64,000 nucleotides of DNA. Origin: an uncultured Collinsella sp. (GTDB taxonomy: Bacteria > Actinomycetota > Coriobacteriia > Coriobacteriales > Coriobacteriaceae). The stretch covers positions 19,782-83,781 of the forward strand of contig CAJKQY010000001.1 in assembly GCA_905202145.1 (NCBI GenBank), written 5' to 3'. Shown in pieces: positions 53,576 to 62,620 of this stretch (position 1 is the first letter of the stretch; each line of letters begins with the position of its first letter). The position numbers and the translations under genes are program-made. The notes beneath the pieces were generated by a model. It had not been told where the DNA came from, made no database searches, and saw only the letters and a program-made list of their open reading frames with translations.

Positions 53576-54498
53576 TGGGTACCGTGAACATGGCCGTCGA
53601 TTTCGGCGGCGTCAAGATGCAGAACCCCATCAACACCGCAGCCGGTACCTTTGGCTACGGTTGGCAGTTCCAGAACTTCTTCGATGTCTCCCAGCTGGGT
53701 GCCATCACCACCAAGGGTTGCGCTGCCGAGCCCTGGCCCGGCAATCCCGCACCCCGCATGGCCGAGATCCCCGGCGGCATGATCAATTCCGTGGGCCTGC
53801 AGAATCCCGGTGTGGCCGCTTTCGCCCGCGAGTCCGGTCCGTGGCTCGAGCAGCTCTCCAAGGACGGTTGCCAGGTCATTTGCCAGGTTGCCGGTCATTC
53901 TGTGGACGAGTTTGTCCGTGCGCTCGAGATGTATGTCGAGCTGTGCCCCTGGGCTGCCGGCTATGAGATCAACGTGAGCTGCCCCAACATTGCCGCCGGC
54001 GGTGCCGCCATGGGCTCCACGCCCGAGGGCGCCTCTGGCGTCATGGCCGCCTGCCGCAAGGTGACCGACAAGCCGCTGTTTGTGAAGATGGCCCCGGTCA
54101 ACGTCGCCGAGATCGCCAAGGCCCTCGAGGCCGCAGGCGCCGACGGCCTTTCGGTCATCAACTCCATCCAGGGTATGGCCATCGACGTTCACACCCGCAA
54201 GTCGCGTGTGGCCAAGCCCAAGGGCGGCCTTTCGGGCCCGCTGTGCCACCACATCGCCGTGCGTATGGTCTGGGAAGTCGCTCAGGCTGTCGATATCCCC
54301 ATCAACGGCGTCGGCGGCGTCATGACCGGTGAGGACGCGGCCGAGTTTATCCTGGCTGGCGCCACCTGCGTATCGGTCGGTATGGCCAACTTCGTCGATC
54401 CGTGCGCTTCGCTCAAGATCGCGCGCGAGCTCGAGGCCTGGGCCGAGTCCCAGGGCGTGAAGGACATTAACGAGCTGGTAGGTGCTTTCGAATGCTAG
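53575..54498 (+). CDS. pyrD: dihydroorotate dehydrogenase 1B catalytic subunit
   Basis: Class 1 DHODH motifs (NTAAGTFGYG, EINVSCPN, GGV.TGEDA); GTG start overlaps the pyrK TAG (alternative ATG 53590). Confidence 0.88.
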   Translation: MGTVNMAVDFGGVKMQNPINTAAGTFGYGWQFQNFFDVSQLGAITTKGCAAEPWPGNPAPRMAEIPGGMINSVGLQNPGVAAFARESGPWLEQLSKDGCQVICQVAGHSVDEFVRALEMYVELCPWAAGYEINVSCPNIAAGGAAMGSTPEGASGVMAACRKVTDKPLFVKMAPVNVAEIAKALEAAGADGLSVINSIQGMAIDVHTRKSRVAKPKGGLSGPLCHHIAVRMVWEVAQAVDIPINGVGGVMTGEDAAEFILAGATCVSVGMANFVDPCASLKIARELEAWAESQGVKDINELVGAFEC

Positions 54499-55208
54499 AG
54501 ACCGATGCCCGCGACCGCGTTATCGTCGCCCTCGACTGCGACCGTGAGCGTGCGCTTGAGCTCGCCCATGAACTTTCGGGCCATGCCGCTTGGCTTAAAG
54601 TGGGCATGACGCTCTATTACGCCGAGGGTCCCGAGATCGTCAAGACGTTCAAGGAGCTGGGCTTTAAGGTCTTCCTTGACCTTAAGTTCCATGACATTCC
54701 GCATCAGGTGCGCGGTGCCGCTCGCTCGGCCTCGCTTGCCGGTGCCGACCTGCTTTCGGTTCACGGCTTGGGTTCGGGTGCTATGCTCGCCGCCTGCCGT
54801 GAGGGTGCCGAGGAGGCACGCGAGGATCGAGCCAAGCTCGTCGCCATCACCGTGCTTACGAGCATGAATCAGGATGCGCTGACCGAGATCGGCGTCGAGT
54901 CGCCCGTTGCCGAGGAGGCCGCCCGTCTGGCAAAGCTCGCCCAGGCCAACGGTATCGACGGTATCGTGTGCTCGCCGATGGAGGCTCATGACATGCGTGA
55001 GCTGCTGGGTCCCGATGCGCTGATTGTGACCCCGGGCGTGCGTCCGGTTGGTGCTGCGCTGGGCGATCAGTCCCGCGTTGCCACGCCTTCCCAGGCTATT
55101 GAGCGCGGTGCGACCCATATCGTGGTGGGCCGCCCCATTACCGGCGCCGACGATCCGGTTGCCGCGTTTGACGCCATCGTTGCTGAGCTGGTCGAAAACG
55201 TCGCGTAA
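54492..55208 (+). CDS. pyrF: orotidine 5'-phosphate decarboxylase
   Basis: VIVALDCD...FLDLKFHDIP OMPDC motifs; overlaps pyrD by 7 nt. Confidence 0.9.
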   Translation: MLETDARDRVIVALDCDRERALELAHELSGHAAWLKVGMTLYYAEGPEIVKTFKELGFKVFLDLKFHDIPHQVRGAARSASLAGADLLSVHGLGSGAMLAACREGAEEAREDRAKLVAITVLTSMNQDALTEIGVESPVAEEAARLAKLAQANGIDGIVCSPMEAHDMRELLGPDALIVTPGVRPVGAALGDQSRVATPSQAIERGATHIVVGRPITGADDPVAAFDAIVAELVENVA

Positions 55209-55394
55209 AAGATTCCCTTAAGTCACCACTTTTTGGTTTCAATAGCACAAATTAGCCCCTGTGCCTGCGAAAACTTTCCCATCCTTTGTGTGGAATCGCA
55301 GGTCGGGGGCTCATCTTTTAGCGCGATATATTGCACTTTTTACGGGTATCGTCTAACCTATGGAGCCGCGATTGGGCATTTTGTACGTTTTACG

Positions 55395-55403
55395 TGCTAA
55401 AAT
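55395..55403 (+). promoter_or_regulatory. extended -10 element (TGcTAAAAT) upstream of the mIHF-gmk-rpoZ-thiI cluster
   Basis: Read from the sequence 45 nt upstream of the mIHF ATG; no good -35. Confidence 0.35.
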
Positions 55404-55447
55404 GCCAAATATTGAATCAGATATAACCCAACTACTTGGAGGTACGA

Positions 55448-55756
55448 ATGGCACTCCCTCAGCTTACCGATGAGCAGCGCAAGCAGGCTCTTGAGAAGGC
55501 TGCCGCCGCGCGTCACGCTCGCGCAGAGCTCCGTGAGCAGATCAAGAAGGGCGAGAAGTCCCTCGAGTCCGTGCTCAACTCCGATGACCCCATTGCTTCT
55601 CGCATGAAGGTTTCCACCCTCATCGAGTCTCTCCCCGGTTATGGCAAGGCTAAGGCCGCCAAGATCATGGAGGAGCTCGGCATCTCCGCTACCCGTCGCG
55701 TCCAGGGCCTTGGTGTCCGTCAGCGCGAGCAGCTCCTCGAGCAGCTGACCAAATAA
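55448..55756 (+). CDS. mihF: actinobacterial-type integration host factor (mIHF/sIHF)
   Basis: LPQLTDEQRKQALEKAAAAR...LPGYGKAKAAKIMEELGI helix-hairpin-helix-like fold; directly upstream of gmk as in Actinobacteria. Confidence 0.75.
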   Translation: MALPQLTDEQRKQALEKAAAARHARAELREQIKKGEKSLESVLNSDDPIASRMKVSTLIESLPGYGKAKAAKIMEELGISATRRVQGLGVRQREQLLEQLTK

Positions 55757-56326
55757 GTGAGCGCTCAGGATTCAAAGCTCTTTGTGATTTCTGGACCGTC
55801 AGGCGCGGGCAAGGGCACGCTCGTCACTCGTGTGCGCGAGCGTCGCTCTAACCTGGGCCTGACGGTTTCGGCTACCACGCGAGCCCCACGCAAAGGTGAG
55901 GTCGACGGCGTCAATTACTTTTTCCTGACGCGCGAGGAGTTCGACCGCCGCGTGGCAAACGGTGAGTTTGTTGAGTGGGCCGAGGTCCACGGTAACTGCT
56001 ACGGCACGTTGGTGAGCGAGGTTCAGTCCAAGCTCGCCTCTGGTTCGTCTCTCATCTTGGAGATCGATGTCCAGGGTGCCCTGCAGGTCAAGGAGCGTTT
56101 TCCCGAGGCCGTGCTGATCTTTATCAAGCCACCCTCGCTCGAGGTGCTCCGCGAGCGTCTGGTCGGTCGCGGTACCGAGACGCCCGAGACGATCGAGCTG
56201 CGTATGGCAAACGCCGCCCATGAGCTTGCCCTTGCCGACCGCTACGACGAAGTCGTGGTGAATGACGATCTCGACCGCGCGACCGATGAACTCGTTCGCG
56301 TTCTCGATATGCATGAAAGGATCTGA
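55757..56326 (+). CDS. gmk: guanylate kinase
   Basis: P-loop SGPSGAGKGT; GTG start. Confidence 0.9.
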   Translation: MSAQDSKLFVISGPSGAGKGTLVTRVRERRSNLGLTVSATTRAPRKGEVDGVNYFFLTREEFDRRVANGEFVEWAEVHGNCYGTLVSEVQSKLASGSSLILEIDVQGALQVKERFPEAVLIFIKPPSLEVLRERLVGRGTETPETIELRMANAAHELALADRYDEVVVNDDLDRATDELVRVLDMHERI

Positions 56327-56331
56327 GGTCC

Positions 56332-56613
56332 GTGTCCGTTGTAAAGCCTTGCATTGACGATCTTCTGGAGAAGACCGATCACAACCGTTTCCTGCTCGCT
56401 TCGCTTGCCTCCAAGCGTGCCTGCGACATTAATAGCATGCTGCGTGGTCAGCATAACCGCGTGCTTGCCGTTCAGGATGTCGACGACATCACCATCGCGC
56501 TCTCCGGCGCCGATACCATCTCGATGGCTATGGACGAGATTGTCGACGGCGATATCTCCTACGATGAGGCCCGTTACGAGAAGGCGCTCGGCCATAAGGT
56601 TGTTGAAGCCTAA
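56332..56613 (+). CDS. rpoZ: DNA-directed RNA polymerase subunit omega
   Basis: LLEKTDHNRFLLASLASKRA omega signature; GTG start. Confidence 0.8.
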   Translation: MSVVKPCIDDLLEKTDHNRFLLASLASKRACDINSMLRGQHNRVLAVQDVDDITIALSGADTISMAMDEIVDGDISYDEARYEKALGHKVVEA

Positions 56614-57858
56614 ATGGCAGCTCGCGTCTGCCTGGTCCACTATCACGAGGTTGGACTGAAGGGCAAGAACCGCGCACATTTTGAGCATATCCTCATGGAT
56701 AACATTAAGGTGGCTTTGGCCGCCTTTTCCGTGAACGCCGTGTCTCGAATTTCCGGTTATATCCTCGTGACCTTTAACGAGCATCAGGCCGATGAGGCGG
56801 CGCGTGTCATCCGCACCGTCCCCGGCGTTGCCCGTGTGTCCCTGGCGTACCACACCAACCGCGACCCGCAGGAGTACTGCGCCGCCGCCGTCAAGGCGCT
56901 GCGCGAGTTTGGCCCCTTTGATTCGTTTAAGGTGCACGCCAAGCGCTCCAATACCGACTATGAGCTCACCTCGATTGATATCAATCGTCAGGTGGGCGAG
57001 GTGCTGTGCGAGGCCTTCCCCGATAAAAAGGTTCAAATGCACGACCCTGATGCGATGGTGCAAGTACTGGTGGTACAGGGTAGCGTTTACGTGTACGCGC
57101 GCTCCGAGCGCGGCGTGGGCGGTCTGCCGGTGGGTTCTGCCGGCAAGGTCGTGACGCTTCTGTCGTCGGGCATCGATTCTCCGGTGGCGACCTGGATGCT
57201 CGCGCGTCGCGGCGCGGTGTGCGTGCCGGTACATTTCTCCGGTCGTCCGCAAACGCCCGATACGAGCGAGTATTTGGTGCAGGACATCATCCGCACGCTT
57301 GAGCCGGGTGTCCAGATCGGCCGCCTGTACGTGGTGCCGTTTGGCGATTGCCAGCGTGAGATTTCCGTCGCCTGCCCCAGCAATCTGCGCGTGATCATGT
57401 ATCGCCGCATCATGTATTCGGTTGCCGAGCGCATTGCACATATCGAGGGCGCCAAGGCCATCGTGACCGGCGAGTCGCTCGGTCAGGTTGCCTCCCAGAC
57501 GCTCGAGAACATCATGGCCGTCAACGAGGCCGTGAAGATTCCCGTGTTCCGTCCGCTCATCGGGTCTGACAAGCAGGAGATCATTGCGCGCGCTCAGGAG
57601 ATCGGCACGTTCGATATTTCCACCGAGGCGGCGCCCGACTGCTGCACGCTGTTTATGCCGCGCCGTCCCGAGACGCACGCCAAGCTCGATGCCGTGCACG
57701 AGGCCTGGGAACTGTTCGACCACGAGGAGATGGTCGAGCGCCTGCTTAAGCAGACCGAGTACATCGACTTCTCCAGCAACACGTATAAGGCCCCTAAGAC
57801 CTTAAAACGCAAACATTCGGAGCTTGCTCCGCGTGAGATTTACCAAGATCACGAGTAA
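56614..57858 (+). CDS. thiI: tRNA 4-thiouridine synthase ThiI (THUMP + PP-loop)
   Basis: PP-loop LLSSGIDSPVA; THUMP domain N-terminus. Confidence 0.85.
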   Translation: MAARVCLVHYHEVGLKGKNRAHFEHILMDNIKVALAAFSVNAVSRISGYILVTFNEHQADEAARVIRTVPGVARVSLAYHTNRDPQEYCAAAVKALREFGPFDSFKVHAKRSNTDYELTSIDINRQVGEVLCEAFPDKKVQMHDPDAMVQVLVVQGSVYVYARSERGVGGLPVGSAGKVVTLLSSGIDSPVATWMLARRGAVCVPVHFSGRPQTPDTSEYLVQDIIRTLEPGVQIGRLYVVPFGDCQREISVACPSNLRVIMYRRIMYSVAERIAHIEGAKAIVTGESLGQVASQTLENIMAVNEAVKIPVFRPLIGSDKQEIIARAQEIGTFDISTEAAPDCCTLFMPRRPETHAKLDAVHEAWELFDHEEMVERLLKQTEYIDFSSNTYKAPKTLKRKHSELAPREIYQDHE

Positions 57859-57868
57859 TTGCCTGCAT

Positions 57869-57903
57869 AGACCGACGATGCGCCTGTATCGTCGGTCTTT
57901 TGC
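57869..57903 (+). terminator. rho-independent terminator after thiI
   Basis: AGACCGACGAT gcgcctgt ATCGTCGGTCT TTTGCTAT. Confidence 0.7.
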
Positions 57904-58072
57904 TATCTGGGCAAATGATGCCAAGATGTTCATTCGCTGACGTGTGGCTGAATAAATGGACATGTTCGCGTAAGGTTTTGGTCAGCTTTTGGTTTGACCG
58001 CGATAATCAGTGTGGACGTGCGGAGGTTGCGGTGTTCGTTTCCTGACACGATGGTGTTGGGAGGTGTTTGCT

Positions 58073-58783
58073 ATGGCGCAGCGCGAGCAACACGAACGGG
58101 TTAAACGCATGGACCGCTGGGCAGAAAAGCTACTCAGGCATAAAACGGTGGTAGTGGCGATTCTGGTTGTCATTGCCGCCGCGAGTGGCTTGGCGATGGC
58201 AAGCTTTGGTGGTAGTCCCAGTGGCGTGTCGTTTGAGCGTAGTGATGAGGCGGGCGCCTCGGATGTGCACGGGGCCGGGGATGCGTCTCCTGATGATGCC
58301 GATAAATCTTCGTCAAAGGCTTCTGCCGAAACAGAGGTGTACGTCGATGTTGATGGAGCCGTTGCGAGGCCTGGCGTGTACCGGCTCAAAGATGGAGCGC
58401 GGGTGTCCCAAGCGATCGATGCCGCCGGAGGGCTTACGGCCGAGGCGGATGTGACAGGGCTTAACCGTGCGTCCAAGATCACGGATGGTCAAAAGATATA
58501 TGTGCCGACGGTAGGGGAGCAACAAGCGGCTGCGGCGGTCGGCGGGGCCGAAAGTAGTGCTGCCACGACCCCTGGCGCGGGGTCTTCGTCGGGGCTCGTG
58601 AACATCAATACGGCAAGTGCGGCGGAGCTGCAGACGCTTTCGGGCATTGGCCCTTCTATGGCTCAGTCGATTATCGATGAACGGACAAAGAACGGTGCTT
58701 TTGCCTCAGTCGATGACCTGATGCGCGTATCGGGAATCGGCGAGAAGAAGCTCGCCAAAATCAAAGATTGCATCTGCGTATGA
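58073..58783 (+). CDS. comEA: competence protein ComEA (membrane-anchored, tandem helix-hairpin-helix DNA-binding)
   Basis: TM anchor then C-terminal HhH motif LQTLSGIGPSMAQSII...LMRVSGIGEKKL. Confidence 0.8.
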   Translation: MAQREQHERVKRMDRWAEKLLRHKTVVVAILVVIAAASGLAMASFGGSPSGVSFERSDEAGASDVHGAGDASPDDADKSSSKASAETEVYVDVDGAVARPGVYRLKDGARVSQAIDAAGGLTAEADVTGLNRASKITDGQKIYVPTVGEQQAAAAVGGAESSAATTPGAGSSSGLVNINTASAAELQTLSGIGPSMAQSIIDERTKNGAFASVDDLMRVSGIGEKKLAKIKDCICV

Positions 58784-61086
58784 GTACGCTCGAGCGCGAG
58801 CATGTGATGCCCCCGCGGCCCTTCATGCCATGGACGATGGCCTTGTGTGCCGGCCTGTGCGTTAGCTGTGTCTTGGTGCTCAACGTGGCCGCCGATTCGA
58901 TACTGGGGGAGCAGACATCGGCGGTCGGACCGCTTGTGGTTATTTCGGTTGCGGCGTCGCTGTGCATGGTGCTTGCTCGATCTTGTGAGCGACTTGTCCT
59001 GTGGAAACGTTGGCTATATGCCGCAGCTATCGGTTTGCTGGCGGGCTCGATTGTTTCGGCGTGGTGGGCTGTGGGTGCGCTAAGTGCCACGAAGGCGCTC
59101 GACGGTCGAGCGGCAAGCAGTCTCGAGTTTGTCGTGCAGGGTGATCCGTCCATAAACGATGGGACGTATTCCTACACCTGCGAAACATGCGTGGACGGCA
59201 GGCGCTTGGGTGAGGTTCGTCTGTCGTGCGACCGCGAGCTTGGTGCCGGGTCTCATGTGCGTGTTATCGGCCGCGTTTCGCGCTTTGAGAACGATGCGTA
59301 TGGGCGCTCGCGCGTGCTCCGAGGCGAGGTGCGCAAGGTTAAAGCCGTTCGGATTGTGTCGGTCGATGAGGGCTCTCCGGGGCCGCTGCTTCGGCTGCGA
59401 AATGGGCTGCTTGCGTCCATCGCGCCTGCGACCGACCCGGCGCGTGCTCTCATAGCCGGTGTCGTCTGCGGTCGTTCGGCCGAGCTGCGCGCCCAGCCGG
59501 CGGGCGACTGGTTTTCGGTGACGGGAACGGCGCATCTTATCGCCGTCTCGGGCAGCCATTTGGCTATCGTTGGCTATTTAATCGAGGGCGTTCTGCAAAA
59601 AACTCGCTGTTCACGTGGGTTGCAACGGATACTGTTGGCGCTAACGCTTGTAGCGTATGCCTCCTTTACGGGCGCGTCTTCCTCGGCCGTGCGCGCGTGT
59701 TGCATGGTGTTCGCGACGCTTGTCGTAAACGGCGCGGGGCGTCGCCGACATGGCACATCGGCACTCTTCGTAACCATGTCCATCTTTGTGCTGCTCCGCC
59801 CAATGGTGCTGTTCGATATGGGTTTTCAACTCTCGTGTGCCAGCGTCTTTGTCATCCTGTGCTTTTGCCCGTACGCCACCTACGCTTTGGGAGAGCTGGG
59901 TGTGCCGACGGGTATTGCCAGCATGCTTTCCGTCACACTGTGCTCGCAGTTGGCGACGCTGCCTATCACCATTCCTGCCTTTGGTGCGTTCTCGCTCATT
60001 GCTCCGTTGGCGAATGCGGTCATCGGTCCGGTGGTGAGTCTACTGCTCGCTGTGTCGATCGTGCTGGTCCCCTTTTCGCTCGTGGCGCCGTTGCAGGTTT
60101 GGGCGCTCGTTGTGCCCATGATTGCCGCGCGTTGCGCACTGTTCTTCGAACAGCTCTTTGCCGCCGTTCCGGGTGCATCCGTGAGCGTGCCGCCCGATAG
60201 CATGTGGATTTACCTTGTGCCGTGTTTTCTGGGGATCCTTCTAGTCTGGTGGCCGCGCCCGCAGGCACGGCCTATGGCTGCTGGGCTTGTCTGCTTGGCG
60301 CTCCTGGCGGGGATTCCGTACATCTACTGGGATCGCTTCGCTCCGCCTTCGGTAACGGTGCTCGATGTGGGCCAGGCCGATGCGATTCTGATTCGTCAGG
60401 GTAGCGCCGTGGTACTCGTCGACAGTGGGCTCGATGAGCGCGTGGTGTCGGCGTTGGTTCGCAATAACGTCCACCATATCGACGCCGTTTTCGTGACACA
60501 TTGGGACGAAGACCATTGGGGTGGTCTTCCTGATGTGCTCGATCAGTTTTCGGTTGGAACCATTGCGGTCGCGGCTAATGCGCTGGAGGATGCGCCCGCT
60601 GAGGTCCTAAATCGCCCGGGCGTAACGTACCGGCAGGTGGCTCGCGGGGACGCGATCGATATCGGCGCATTTCGGGCTCGTGTGATGTGGCCGTTTGACA
60701 CGGTGGATGGCGAGGGCAATGAAGACTCGCTTGTCTTGCTGCTCAGTTATGTCCAAGGAGGCCAGAGTCTCCGCATGCTACTCACCGGTGATGCCGAGCT
60801 CGATCAGGAACGCGAGTTTGTACAGGAGGTGGGGGGTATCGATGTGCTCAAGCTGGGACATCACGGCTCAAAGGTTTCTGTCGACCTAGACCTGCTGGAA
60901 ACGCTTAAGCCCGAGCTCTCTATCGCGAGTGCGGGCGAGGGCAACCGCTACGGCCATCCATCTGACGCCTGCATCGATGCCGTTAAGGAAGCGGGCGGTG
61001 CGTTCGCATGCACCATCGAACACGGTGATATCACCGTCACGCCGACCGCGAAGGGCTTTGCGATGCGATGCCAGCGGCCGTGGTGA
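58780..61086 (+). CDS. comEC: DNA internalisation competence protein ComEC/Rec2 with metallo-beta-lactamase domain
   Basis: Polytopic competence domain plus MBL motif VTHWDEDHWGG; start uncertain (58768/58780/58807). Confidence 0.8.
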   Translation: MSTLEREHVMPPRPFMPWTMALCAGLCVSCVLVLNVAADSILGEQTSAVGPLVVISVAASLCMVLARSCERLVLWKRWLYAAAIGLLAGSIVSAWWAVGALSATKALDGRAASSLEFVVQGDPSINDGTYSYTCETCVDGRRLGEVRLSCDRELGAGSHVRVIGRVSRFENDAYGRSRVLRGEVRKVKAVRIVSVDEGSPGPLLRLRNGLLASIAPATDPARALIAGVVCGRSAELRAQPAGDWFSVTGTAHLIAVSGSHLAIVGYLIEGVLQKTRCSRGLQRILLALTLVAYASFTGASSSAVRACCMVFATLVVNGAGRRRHGTSALFVTMSIFVLLRPMVLFDMGFQLSCASVFVILCFCPYATYALGELGVPTGIASMLSVTLCSQLATLPITIPAFGAFSLIAPLANAVIGPVVSLLLAVSIVLVPFSLVAPLQVWALVVPMIAARCALFFEQLFAAVPGASVSVPPDSMWIYLVPCFLGILLVWWPRPQARPMAAGLVCLALLAGIPYIYWDRFAPPSVTVLDVGQADAILIRQGSAVVLVDSGLDERVVSALVRNNVHHIDAVFVTHWDEDHWGGLPDVLDQFSVGTIAVAANALEDAPAEVLNRPGVTYRQVARGDAIDIGAFRARVMWPFDTVDGEGNEDSLVLLLSYVQGGQSLRMLLTGDAELDQEREFVQEVGGIDVLKLGHHGSKVSVDLDLLETLKPELSIASAGEGNRYGHPSDACIDAVKEAGGAFACTIEHGDITVTPTAKGFAMRCQRPW

Positions 61087-61161
61087 CATCGTTGGCGCGC
61101 GGTGGGACCCTGGGCTAAAATGGCACGGTACGAATTCGAGACTCTGCGAGAGGGGAGCGCA

Positions 61162-62124
61162 ATGTCCGAAACCGGTCTGCTGCCGGCATATCTGATCGTC
61201 GGTTCCGATGGGGTCAAGCGCGACCACGCCGTCTCGCGTATGAAAGCTCGCTTGGAAAAGTCGGGTATGGTTGAGTTCAACCTTGATGAACGCGACATGA
61301 CGAAAGATCCCGATATCGAGTCGATCATCGGCTCACTCAATACCTTTCCCATGGGTAGCGAGTTTCGCCTGGTGATCCTCGACGGCTGCTCAAAACTTGC
61401 CAAGGCGGTCTCGGAACCGCTCGTGGAGTACCTCGCAAGTCCCAGCCCGACGACGGTCTGTCTCATTATCGCCGACTCACTTGCCAAGAATACGCGCCTG
61501 TATAAGGCAATCGCCAAGATCGATAAGAAGGCTATCGTCGATTGCTCGGGCACCAAGCGCTGGGAACTGCCGCGCCGCGTTCAGCAGATGGCGACGCAGC
61601 ACGGTAAGTCTATCTCGACGGCTGCCGCCGAGGAGCTTGTCTCGCGTTCGGGCGAAAACACGCGCATGCTCGATAACGACCTGGTAAAGCTCGCCCAGAT
61701 GGTCGAGGCGCCCCAGATTGAGCTTGCCGACGTGGAGCGTTGGATCGTGCGCACGGCCGAGGTTCAGCCCTGGGACTTTCTCAACGCCGTCTCGGCTCGC
61801 GATATGCGGCGTTCGCTCGAGCTCTTTAAGCTTCTGCCCTCCAAGAGCTACGTGTGGACCTACACGCTGCTGTGCGGTCGCATCCGTGAGCTGATTGTTG
61901 CTAAGGCGCTCGACTCTCGTGGGCAGGGGCGTGAGCTCGCCGCGACGCTCAAGCTTCAGGCCTGGCAGGTCAAGAATCACCTTACCTGGGCGCGTCGTTT
62001 TTCGATGACCGAGCTCGTTGCCGCGCTCGAGGGTGCCGTCGATGTGGAGCTCGCGCTCAAGGGTTCGGCCGATTCTCAGACCGCGCTTTTGCTCTGGATT
62101 ACGAACATCTTGAGAAAATCGTGA
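61162..62124 (+). CDS. holA: DNA polymerase III delta subunit
   Basis: Size, AAA+-like clamp-loader fold features and conserved comEC-holA-rpsT-lepA order. Confidence 0.65.
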   Translation: MSETGLLPAYLIVGSDGVKRDHAVSRMKARLEKSGMVEFNLDERDMTKDPDIESIIGSLNTFPMGSEFRLVILDGCSKLAKAVSEPLVEYLASPSPTTVCLIIADSLAKNTRLYKAIAKIDKKAIVDCSGTKRWELPRRVQQMATQHGKSISTAAAEELVSRSGENTRMLDNDLVKLAQMVEAPQIELADVERWIVRTAEVQPWDFLNAVSARDMRRSLELFKLLPSKSYVWTYTLLCGRIRELIVAKALDSRGQGRELAATLKLQAWQVKNHLTWARRFSMTELVAALEGAVDVELALKGSADSQTALLLWITNILRKS

Positions 62125-62257
62125 TGATACCTGCCTATTTGACAAATTCGTTCTATCCCTTTGAGGGGGAGCGTGCTATAGTAGGCGCTTGCATGACCTC
62201 ACCGTGTCTCAGAGGTGTCATACATTTTTTGCAAGGAACTCGAAAGGAACTCCAGAA

Positions 62258-62524
62258 GTGGCAAACATCAAGTCTCAGAAGAAGCGTATCCGCACCAATG
62301 AGGCAGCTCGCATGCGTAACAAGGCTGTCAAGTCCGAGCTCAAGACGCTGACCAAGCACGTCCAGTCCGCCGTCGCCGAGGGCGACGCCGAGAAGGCCCA
62401 GGCTGCCCTCAAGACCGTCACCAAGCGTCTCGACATGGCTGCCGCTAAGCATGTCATTCACAAGAACCAGGCTTCCAACCGCAAGTCCGGTCTTGCCAAG
62501 CTCGTGAACAGCATCAACGCTTAA
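62258..62524 (+). CDS. rpsT: 30S ribosomal protein S20
   Basis: [22 protein letters not shown] signature; GTG start. Confidence 0.9.
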   Translation: MANIKSQKKRIRTNEAARMRNKAVKSELKTLTKHVQSAVAEGDAEKAQAALKTVTKRLDMAAAKHVIHKNQASNRKSGLAKLVNSINA

Positions 62525-62563
62525 GTTGTAAATTTCACACCACACAGATTACGCGCATAAATG

Positions 62564-62596
62564 GAGCCTGTTTTATGGAACAGGCTCCATTTTTTG
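62564..62596 (+). terminator. rho-independent terminator after rpsT
   Basis: GGAGCCTGTT ttatgg AACAGGCTCC ATTTTTTG. Confidence 0.8.
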
Positions 62597-62620
62597 TACC
62601 GCTCGGGTAAGATAGTCCGC

